Shown here one piece after another: positions 10,301 to 20,032 of a stretch of 64,000 nucleotides of DNA. Both the position numbers and the translations under genes were made by a program. Each line of letters begins with the position of its first letter. Position 1 is the stretch's first letter. Under the pieces are notes generated by a model that saw only the letters and a list, made by a program, of their open reading frames with translations, had not been told where the DNA came from and did not search any database. Source of the DNA: Macrostomum lignano (Eukaryota); contig NIVC01000921.1 in the NCBI GenBank assembly GCA_002269645.1, positions 310,001 through 374,000 of the forward strand, written 5' to 3'.

Positions 10301-13300
10301 ATGGCACAGCTATCAAACTATCTCGATCAGTTTTTGCTTAATCGTCAGAGGCTGGCCAATGCGCTTGATGAAGTGCGTTGTCTAGTGGAAGAGGCGAGGC
10401 AGATAGTAGCTGCGACATCAGCTGAGCGGTTGGAGGCGGTTGCGAGCGAGGTGGAGAAACTTCTGGCTGAGGGGCGCGGCGTGGCAGACAAGGCGATGCG
10501 GAGTGTCGCGTCTGCTTGTTGATTGTCGGCCAGACTAAGGCTGGCAAGAGCAGCTTCATCAATGAGCTGCTGGGTGAGGAGACTGGGTACTGAGTGCTTA
10601 TTGGGGCAAAGTTTAATCCTAGTTCAGCACAAACTAAAGTATAGATACGCTCGTAAAAGAGACAGCTACGTAGGTACCGTAAGGACCCTGTCCATAGAAG
10701 AAATGTCAGCTCGAGCACGAGTGCAATTGATAACTTGCCAGACCAGTCGGCTTGATGGGAAACAGAGAAATCCCATCCTAGAAACGCGATTTCAGCGACA
10801 CAATTCTGAGCGAATTCTGAGACTGGGAGCTCAAGGGAGGGACCTGACTGCGGTGTCCCAGCGATTTCAGTCGACCTGTTCCGAGCTTTATTTTGTCTCC
10901 GTTTCGGTTAAATCGCCTTTCCTAACTTTTAAAGAATTTGATTCTGAAACACGCTACATCAATCCTCTGTCCAGGCCAGCAGGTGTTGGCCCAGTCGCAG
11001 CATCGTGCACAAGCCAAGTGGTGCGGATCGTGCACTCAGCGGAGCCCTTCGACAGTCCCATTGAAGATCCCGAAGCCAATGGCGAGCTCTCGCGGCGGTC
11101 ATCGGGCGGCCCAGCGAGTTTCTTCTGGCTAGCGGCCTGGATCTGAGTGGACACCCGGGCCTCAATGAGAACGCGCGATTGGACGAGCTCACATTGAGTG
11201 GGTGGATGCCTTCCTGCCTCTGGTTGTCTACGTTATCAATGCCAACAATGGCGTGAGCCGCATGGTGAGGGTTCTGTTTCTGTTCACATATTCATTAAAA
11301 TAACAACGCTAAAGTCACAAGCTGCAAATTGCGAGTCTATTTCAGTAATTTACTCTCGATTTAACACCACAGGTCGAAGCCGACATTGTCAACCTGCAGA
11401 CCAGGGTAGGCGGCCCGGACAAGTTATTCTACCTGGCCACGCACATGGATATTGATGATGCCGACATCTCGGCCGGGTGCGGCCGCACCAGAGAGACACT
11501 GGAGCGAGAGAAGCTACAGCGCCTGCTCGCGGGACTCCGGCGGTTAGGCTGCATCATCGAACCGGAATCTGGGAAGCTAGCGGATTATGGCAAAAATCAG
11601 TATCATAATCAGCACAGTAGCCAGCAGGTATCAGAGCCGCCATGTTCGGATCGATTTTGCTGCATGTCCAGCCGCATCGTGGCCACAGTTAGACGGCGCC
11701 ACCGACGCCAGCAGCTCCGCATGAAGCAGCTGACGATAGCTAGCGATGACGAGGCCCGCTGGCTGGAGGCCTTCCAGTCGGCGAAGTTGTTGCTTTCTTC
11801 ATTCGCGAAACGTCGTCTGACTGAACTTCCGCTAGAGGCAGCCACCAGCCTCCGTCGAGCCCTGCTAGATTACTTGCACAAGGACCTGGATGATGCGGCC
11901 TCCTTGGCTAGCGAGGAGGCCTGCCACAGGCGGCGACTGACTCTTCTGGACGCCGGGCACGCGGCGGTTTGCCTTCTAGCCGACTCAGAGTCCGCGGCAT
12001 CCGGTGCAGCGACCGCACGCAATCTGGTTCGATGGCTGACTGCAGCACTGAAGCAACGGTGTAGCGAGTTGGCGAAGGCATCAGCCGGAGCTGCGGAGTC
12101 TCCTTCCAGATTGGAGCTACTAGACATCTTAACCGACCGGATTGGCGGCGACTTCGACTTCGCTCTGCCTCGACTGGCCGACTGTTTCCAGCGCGGCGTG
12201 TCGCTGGCTAAGCAAGTTGAAGAAGCGGCTGGTGGCGAGGGCCCGCAGAAACTCGTGCCGGCCGCCACAGAAGGATTCCGTGTGCCGGAGCGGAGCCTGC
12301 GGCGCCAATTGGCGGAACTGTTGCTTGATGATGGCTGCAAGCCGCCGAAAGGATTGTCAAGGCTGCGACTACGACCGAAGGTGCCATCGAGGGATGCAGA
12401 TTTGAGACGGCTGAATGTGGAGGAGTTTCTTGGTGAGGAAGTGACAACTGTGTGTACTCAAAATTATTTAATAAAAGCACTCTGCCGTATTGTATAGTCA
12501 GTAAAACTCAGCATGCACTGTAATATTTTGGGTTTTTGAGCCTAAATAGCCAGTTCAGATTAGGTTCAACTGGCACCCAGAGTAGGAGTTTGCTTGGAAA
12601 ATGGGATGGAAGCTATCTGATAGCATCTAATATATGAGCAAAGTACAATGTAACCAACTCATACGTTTTAAGTCATTTTTTTAGTATACCGCTGAAAAGG
12701 AACTGAAAACTGCTAGAAAGCCAGCACTGATGCAGATCACTGCTACTCAACCGCAGGAAAGCTCAAACTGAATAAACTGGCTGACGGAGTCCTGCAGGAC
12801 CTTCGCCGCTGGTTTGAAGAGCTGCACAGAGGAATTCTGGCGGCAGTGCAGGCCGCTGAAGACCGGGTCCAGCTCGACCTTCGAACAGCGATGGACAGAC
12901 GGCGTCTCAGTCTGGCTCTGCTGCCGCTATGCTTGAAGATAAGTCTACAGCTGGACAGCGTCGCGACCGAGTGCGGAGAACTGCAGCTCTGCGGAGGCGA
13001 ATCCGACGAATGGAAGCTGGTGGCATCCGGGTCTCAAGGCAGCAAGCTTTACCGCTGCGGCGGAGACTTGGCCGTCAAGGAGATGATGCTCAGCGACAGA
13101 CAGCTGGGCGAGATTGCTCCCGGATTGCACGTCAGTCGGTAGGAGACAATTTTCACTTGCCGATGCCTAGGCGGCCCATTTGACTTTATTAAAGCGCCTG
13201 AAACTCAGTTTTAAGTGCAGAATAAAGGCATGGACAGCTGAAGTACAGCTAAAAGGACCACCGTACACACTAGCAAGGTGTGAAAATTTCGCTACAAACC

Positions 13301-15367
13301 AGTGTTTTTTTACAAAATGCATCAGTGTGAAAGGAAGAAGGATAGATAGAAACATTTTGTTAGTGCAATAAATTACATCATACCGAAAACTATATCAAAT
13401 ATCTGTAAATGTTAAACATCAAGCAACGCATTATCGCATACAAGATCCTCAAGCATAAGTTGAACAAAGCAAGAAGGAAGCATAAAAATGGTAAAATAAA
13501 CCTAATGAATTGACAAAAAGAAAACTGTATTGGTCTCCCTCACAGGTTGAATCCGGTATTGGCAAAATTCTCAGTGCTACTATCGTGATCCCGGAATCAG
13601 CAAACTCCAGCATCCAATGCAACGTACACTATTGAGCGAGTGTAGCGTCCCTTTACTTTAACTGCCTGTATTTACGAGTACTTGTAAAAGATCAGAGGGT
13701 ACTGAAATGTACTAAGTTCTTGATGTCTTGATAACTTTAAAAAATACGATCTACTTCGTGTATGAAATGATGTTAAAGCCACTGGAGCTTGCATATTTTT
13801 AGCGGACTGCGCGTTAAACGCGTCCGACTCTCGCCCCACGCGACCCCCGGTTCGATTCGGTGCGCTGCCGATTGCCCGGGGGTCGTCATGATGGCCAACC
13901 CCCACAGAGAGTGTACATGCCTGAGGATTAGAAAGTCAAAGGGCCGCTGTACACCCTGTGTGAGCGTGTGTGAGTGCGTGCCTGCGTACAGTATTGGCGC
14001 GCTGGCATGTGCTCAGGACTCAGCGGAATGGGCAGAACTGCCTCAGCGCTTGTTGTGTGGGACGATGGCGCCAAAGTCATTGCGCCAGGGTGCCCCCAGC
14101 CCTCCAACGAGTATTTAAATGTGTTTATTTTAGGCATAGGCAAGGGGGTTGTAGCCTAGTGGTTAGAGCGTTGGATTCACGGCTGAAAGGTCGGGGATTC
14201 GATTCTTAACGACTCGGAACATTTTGTGTCCTTGAGAGAGACACAACTCTGCATTACTTCAGTGTACCCAGCTGTAAATTCTTTAAAATCAGCATTAGCT
14301 GGGGTAGCTGAGGGTGTGCGAGGCGACCCCCAGTCCTTGGACTGAACAGCCGTACGCAGCCCTCAGATGCTCCGTGCAATAGCTGCGGCTGAGCTGTCGG
14401 TTGCGCATATGGCCCAATTAGGCAGGTGTAATAACTTATTAATTAATATTATTAAACTTTAGGCAGCAACTGATCAGAACCTAAATTTAACTGTTTATCA
14501 AATTTTCTCAACGCTTTCAACGATTCCTCATTGGAATGAACTAACAAATTTTGCTTTACTTCTAATTTCCAAATTCAGTGAAATGAACGAGAATCTAGTC
14601 CACATCGCTGGCCTGCGGTTGCACAGACTGACCGCACCTGATGTCTGGAGACTGCAGTTGTACATGCCATTCATGGCTGACGGCCGCAATCTGCTGGATT
14701 TCCTGGCCCTGCAACCCTCGCTGCGAAAGCGGCTGGCCGTTGGCTTGGCAACAGCGGACACGCTGGCGAGGCTGCACACGGAGAGCCGACTGGCGCACGG
14801 AAATCTGCACGCCGCCAATGTGTTTGTAAGCAGGAAGCGGGGAGGTCGGGCAAGGAACAGTTGAAGTTAGTTGCATCGAATTTTCTAAGGTAATGCAGTT
14901 CTGGAAAAACAACCTTAGGTGATTCGGTCGGGCGCCGAGTCGGCAGTGGTGAAGCTGTCCGACCTCGGCCAGCAATTGTCGCCAGACAAGGAGGTGTCAG
15001 ATGGCTCTAAACCACCTGCAGGCTGCAGGCTCTTCAGTCAGTTGGTTAGCCAAGATGTCTGCTGTTTGGGACGGATTCTACAGAGTCTGACGTGAGTTTG
15101 TCACCGTTGCATGTGATGATTTCCTTCGATGCTATTAGGCTTGGTAACGTTTTATTTTCATTTTTAATCAGATCTGGTCCTGCAATACACGTAGTGCCAG
15201 TGGACTTCGAGCTGACAGCAGAAGCATCAGCTGATCTGGACCGCCTTCTGCTGGAGTGCCAGCCGGATCCCCTGGCACCAGCGGGCTACACGGAGTCGAG
15301 CTGCAGCCTGACAGCTGGCCAAGTAGCTAACCGGTTGCGAGCCCTGTTGCCAACGCCTGCGGACTGA
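10301..15367 (+). CDS. DSTYK-like paralog copy C: frameshifted GTPase exons, open stalk and pseudokinase. Exons 10301-10573, 10975-11264, 11373-12432, 12757-13138, 14579-14825, 14919-15091, 15172-15367
   Basis: Intron positions and phases match copies A and B. G1 IVGQTKAGKSSFINELLG, G4-position FYLATHMD. Kinase-fold motifs are degenerate: VASGSQGSKLY, LAVKEM, AHGNLHAANVF (no catalytic Asp), SDLG, and no GT..Y..PE segment. Exons 3-7 are open (1986 nt from ATG 11445). Exons 1-2 contain several single-base frameshifts. Confidence 0.82.
13800..13870 (+). mobile_element. Degenerate tRNA-like head, probably a second SINE family
   Basis: TAGCGGACTGCGCGTTAAACGCG...CCGGTTCGATTCGG: A-box-like and B-box-like motifs with tRNA spacing, but no convincing acceptor stem. 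Confidence 0.35.
14144..14450 (+). mobile_element. tRNA-derived SINE (full-length copy) in intron 4 of copy C
   Basis: GGGGGTTGTAGCCTAGTGGTTAGAGCG...GGATTCGATTC...TGTGTCCTTGAG...ACCCAGCTGTAAA...CAGTCCTTGGACTGAACAGCCGTACG...GGCAGGTGTAAT plus an AT-rich tail. Confidence 0.88.
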
Positions 15368-15462
15368 TGCTCAGCTACAGAGTTATTGCGAGCTTGTACC
15401 AGCTGCCACAGCCATTGCTAGCTTGCTGCCGTCATCGCGGCTTAGTACTGCGAATGAGATTC

Positions 15463-16080
15463 TTCGTGTCCTCCCTGTCCCCACCTCGTGTCCTCCCTGT
15501 CCCCACCTCGTGTCCTCCCTGTCCCCACCTCGTGTCCTCCCTGTCCCCACCTCGTGTCCTCCCTGTCCCCACCTCGTGTCCTCCCTGTCCCCACCTCGTG
15601 TCCTCCCTGTCCCCACCTCGTGTCCTCCCTGTCCCAGAAATCGTGTCCTCCCTGTCCCCACATCGTGTCCTCCCTGTCCCCACATCGTGTCCTCCCTGTC
15701 CCCACATCGTGTCCTCCCTGTCCCCACATCGTGTCCTCCCTGTCCCCACATCGTGTCCTCCCTGTCCCCACATCGTGTCCTCCCTGTCCCCACATCGTGT
15801 CCTCCCTGTCCCCACATCGTGTCCTCCCTGTCCCCACATCGTGTCCTCCCTGTCCCCACATCGTGTCCTCCCTGTCCCCACATCGTGTCCTCCCTGTCCC
15901 AGAAATCGTGTCCTCCCTGTCTCCACATCGTGTCCTCCCTGTCCCCACATCGTGTCCTCCCTGTCCCCACCGATCGTGTCCTCTCCATCTCACCGTGTCC
16001 TTTCCGTCCCACCCTGTGTCCTCTCCGTCCCACCGTGTCCTCTCCGTCCCAACCTGTGTCTTCCCTGTCCCCCTCGTGTC
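15463..16080. repeat. 22-bp minisatellite (CGTGTCCTCCCTGTCCCCACAT) just downstream of the copy C stop codon
   Basis: More than 20 near-identical units, degenerating at the right end. It explains the overlapping ORFs in all six frames. Confidence 0.97.
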
Positions 16081-16873
16081 CTCCTTTTGATACAAAGTAC
16101 AGCGTATTCTATGCTATGCCAAAATAAAGTAATTTAGATTTGCTTTCATTTTTAGTCCCAATTCGTGCAGCCAAGTTTGCTCTGTTATGTACTTTTATGC
16201 GCGAACTCTGTGGCTTGTGACGTCATAGTCATAGAGTATTCATTCAACGTCGTGCTTACCTCACAAATGGTTCTCTTGCAACCTTAATTGAGACTATATT
16301 AAGACAGCCAATGCTGGAAAAGTACGAGCTAGTTCCATTTCTATTTTAAACAGTTGACAATGCAAGAATCAGGTTGGTAGCTCTGTATGGCATAAGCTAC
16401 TGCAAAGCAATAATTGGAACTGGACAACCAAGAGCATGGGTGTGGCAGCATTTTGTGTATCGTATGTAGAGCTTATCGAAATGTTTTCGTCGTATCTTCC
16501 CTTTTCTAATGTCTCTAAGACGGAGAATTCTTCCTAATCAACTAGATGGCTTCCCAATGCAGTCGCAGTCCAGCACGCGCCCAGGCAAAGCAAGACTGCA
16601 GCTCAGCCGCGCCCAAAATCCCAGTTCACGGACGTACAAAGCGGCACGCGAGCCGCCTGAGAAGGGTGGAGCAATTTGGTTCATCTGCAGCGTCGACAGC
16701 TGAATTCGAACCGTTGAAAGACTCAAATAGAAGAAGACAATCTCTAGAAAAGCTAATTAGCATTGGTTGATGACTGAATTTTTGCAGTGCGTACCAATGC
16801 GTGTCGTTCAAACTTGACTGTATCGGATTCAGGCATAAGTGTTAATGGATTTTACCGTATAGATTAATGGACA

Positions 16874-17035
16874 GGGGTTGTAGCCTAGTGGTTAGAGCGT
16901 CAGACTCGCGATTGAAAGGTCGGGGGTTCGATTCTCGACCCACTCGGAACAATTTGTGTCTTTGAGCAAGACACTTAACACTTAAATGAGCTGTTGGTTG
17001 CACATCTGCTCATTAAGGCAGGTGTAATCAATTAC
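16874..17035 (+). mobile_element. tRNA-derived SINE, internally deleted copy
   Basis: Intact head (A and B boxes) and 3' end (GAGCTGTTGGTTGCACAT...GGCAGGTGTAATCAATTAC); the central part of the 14144 copy is missing. Confidence 0.85.
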
Positions 17036-17633
17036 GAGCTACTATTAAAACAATAATTATACACAAATCAAATCATAGAGCCAAAATTTTCGTCAGCTTA
17101 AAGAGAGAGAAATTTCAATCTGCTTGGCGAAAAAATACTACGATATTTTTCTAATGGTGTTTGTTTCAATACTGTCGATTAGATTTCTGAAATGCACTTT
17201 CCTTATCGACTATTTCGGTTAATCTCCGGATGGTAAATCCCCTTCTGTGTTTCTCACAAACTATCTCAGCCAATCAGTATGGGTTGACGAACTTGATTGG
17301 GCAATGCCTCTTTTTGCTTCTATACATACAAGTACTTGCTCCGCACCGTTTGAGAGGCATTTTGCAGCCCTAACCTGGTCAGATGTCTATATCCAAATCA
17401 ATGTAACCAATCGATTCACTTAGCCAGCTAGGTAAAAGTAACACACCTGCTATGGCTTATGTCATTTGCGGTAAATTCAGCTCTATAGTAATAATATTGT
17501 TAGGAAGCATCTGTCAGATGGTCGTCTGCGAAATGCCAGCTAAGGCGTGTAAGTAAATCACGAGTCTCAATTTGAATAAACAAGTCCCAATGCCATAATG
17601 TAGAGCAGGAATTGTTCACCCCGCCAACAATTA

Positions 17634-18168
17634 GGCTTCAAAGCGCCGATCAGCAGGGAAGCCCTTTCATCCGGCATCATCGGAAACAGCAACCCGCCAG
17701 CCAATGCTAGCGACGTGTCCGTCTACAAGAGTGAGGAATTCTGCCTGTTCCATCTGAACTCGAGCTACTACCTCACCTGGGCTCAGGCTAGAGACTTCTG
17801 CGCCCTGTACAATGCCACCCTGCCAATGGTGAGAACTGCCTACGGCTGGCAGCAGCTGCGAATCTACATTGAAAACCGACGCTTCTGGACGGGCTTCGTT
17901 CGCACTGGCAGCTCCGATTGGACTTGGCAGTCCGGCAGCGACTTCGACGGCTCGCTGGCCACGGAGGACTTCGTGAAGACTGGGAACACTACGGGGATCG
18001 AGTGGAGCAAATCGGAGCCCAGCTACTCCTACTGCGTCGAGAACTGCACCATGGTCAGCTACGATGGCAACTTGGCGGATTATCCGTGCGAAAATGTTCC
18101 ACCCTGGGACTCCTGTGCCGAGCCAGCCGATGTGGTGCTTACAGTGTGTCACAGGTCTGACATTGAAG
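17634..18168 (+). CDS. C-type lectin domain exon (5' boundary approximate)
   Basis: CLF...LTWAQARDFCALYNATLPMV...FWTGF...WTWQSG...WSKSEPS...ENCTMV...DYPC...VC: canonical CTLD Trp and Cys pattern. Phase-1 donor GAAG|GTAATG at 18168. Confidence 0.87.
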
Positions 18169-18954
18169 GTAATGCATGTGTGACTGGAGTCTGGAGCTGT
18201 TCGTACAGGCTGCTTAGTGAGCGAATGCTTGAGTTCATTTAATTCAAAGTAACGTTTTAGCTTTCCCTTCCCACCTTACTTAAGTTGCGACTGATTGAAT
18301 AGAATTTGTAGGTCAGAACCTCTGATTCATATCTCCTTAGTGAGCGGAATCATGTTAGGTGCTGGGCTCCTGATTTACAGGTATCTACGACATAGCGTTA
18401 AATAAACTCATAAATTGACTTCAACACACAATGCAAATCAATGCACAAATCACACTAACATTCAATATCGATCGTGAAATTCCAGTCTGTCGGTACACCA
18501 GTAATCCGCCAGCAATCCCAACGCCACACGACTACTACATCATAGTTGGAGCCACGTTTGCCGGTAAGTTTTGACACACATTGTCGCAGGCCTTGAGCAC
18601 ACGTGAGCATTCAAAAACAGTTTCTAGGATTGACCGCATGCCTTCAAATGAGCCATCGGTACGAAAATAGCGTAGCAGCAAGTGAATCTGGTGTCTGCTT
18701 GGTGTTCGGATTGAGGTTAATTGCATGGCTGGCATTTTTTATTGAGTTTACGCATTTTTCTTTTGCATGTAAATATGTGGGAAAGGCAAGTACTAGCCTT
18801 TAAGGCAGTCATTGGTACAGGAGCTACGAGTATAGTCCTTGGAAATAGGGAGGCAGAAGCTTTGCACATCGGCGAATTCAGACCATAGACAACATCTTCC
18901 GGATCGGATTATGCTATGGGCACACGCGCCTATTTTCAATGGCTATAGCCTAAT

Positions 18955-19635
18955 GGAGTGGTAGCCTCGTGGTTAGAGCATCGGACTCACGACTGAAAGG
19001 TCGGGGGTTCGATTTGAGTGGAGCAAGATACTTACCTCTCTGCATTGCTTCGGTTCAGCCAACTGTACGCTCGTAAAATTGGTGCTAGCATTAGCTGGGG
19101 TCATTGTGGGTGTGTGTGGCGACCGGGGCGCTTTCATTAGGCCGAAAGTTCACTTCACCGAAAATCACTCTCTTTCACTAGGCCGAAATTTCACTAGGCC
19201 GAAACTTCACTAGGCCGAAACTTCACATCGCCAAAATAGCTAGCACGATCTTTCATGAGGCCAAAATTTCACTAGGCTAAAATTCCACAACGTCCGAAAA
19301 ATCATTTTAGCAGCGTCTTTCACTAGGCCGAAACTTCACTATTCCGAAACTTCACTATTCCGAAACTTCACTATTCCAAAACTTCACTAGGCCGAAACTT
19401 TACTAGGCCGAAACTTAATATTGCCGAAAAATCATTTAGTGGCCTCTTTCACATAGTCAGAAACTTATGAAAGAGCGTGCTAGCTATTTCGGCAATTTGA
19501 AGTTTTGGCCTAGTGAAATTTCAGCCTAGCAAACCTCCCCCCCTGGCGGGGGACACCCCAGTCCTTGGATGGAAGGACAGCCGTACGCAGCCTTCAGTAG
19601 CTGCGGCTGAGCTGTCGGTTGCACATTTGGCCCTT
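18955..19635 (+). mobile_element. tRNA-derived SINE split into two halves (about 18955-19124 and 19544-19635) by a nested insertion
   Basis: The 5' half ends GTGTGTGGCGACC. The 3' half resumes CCCCAGTCCTTGG...CAGCCGTACGCAGCC...GAGCTGTCGGTTGCACAT. These are contiguous in the 14144 copy. Confidence 0.8.
19125..19543. mobile_element. About 420-bp foldback/MITE-like insertion built from 16-bp repeats (TTCACTAGGCCGAAAC)
   Basis: GGGG...CCCC ends. About 19188-19258 is the reverse complement of about 19464-19521. Many internal copies of the 16-mer. No clean TSD. Confidence 0.65.
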
Positions 19636-19856
19636 CGGTATGTTCGGTAAGGATGTTCCTTCGGTATGCGTTGCACGATCTACATGTAGCCACTAGAGAT
19701 CGGTGCAATTAGATGGTTGGCTTTTGTGGGACATACGTTATATGCATAAATCATTTCGGCTTACCTCACTTATCTCACAGAATCAGCTTAGAAATATAAT
19801 ATTCTTATTTATGACTTCCTAATAATCAGCTATTATCATTATTATTTTTTGCACAG

Positions 19857-20032
19857 CCCTCATCGGCAGCGCAGGCGCCGTTCTCGGCGTCCGATTGATA
19901 GTGAAGACGCTGGAGCGCCGTGATCAGCCTGACAGTGACAGCCAGCAGGCAGCCGAGGGCCGGAAGCTGCGCAAGCAGCAGCGCAGGCGAGCCGAGCAGG
20001 AAGGCGGCCAGGAGCTGGGCTTTGCGAGCTAA
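19857..20032 (+). CDS. Probable terminal exon of the lectin gene: hydrophobic segment plus charged cytoplasmic tail
   Basis: Acceptor TTTTTTGCACAG|. Phase 1 is compatible with the lectin exon donor. Reads (A)LIGSAGAVLGVRLIVKTLERRDQPDSDSQQAAEGRKLRKQQRRRAEQEGGQELGFAS*. Confidence 0.55.

Noticed and set aside
13546-13650. Extra kinase exon of copy C
   Set aside because: In the required phase it reaches a stop within about 14 codons. The exon at 14579 has the right phase, length (247 nt, same as copy B) and homology.
15367-16137. Six overlapping 170-256 aa ORFs
   Set aside because: They are translations of the stop-free 22-bp minisatellite, with no domain content.
19125-19543. CRISPR-like array (also considered for the 26-40-bp repeats)
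   Set aside because: No unique spacers, no cas genes, and a eukaryotic context.
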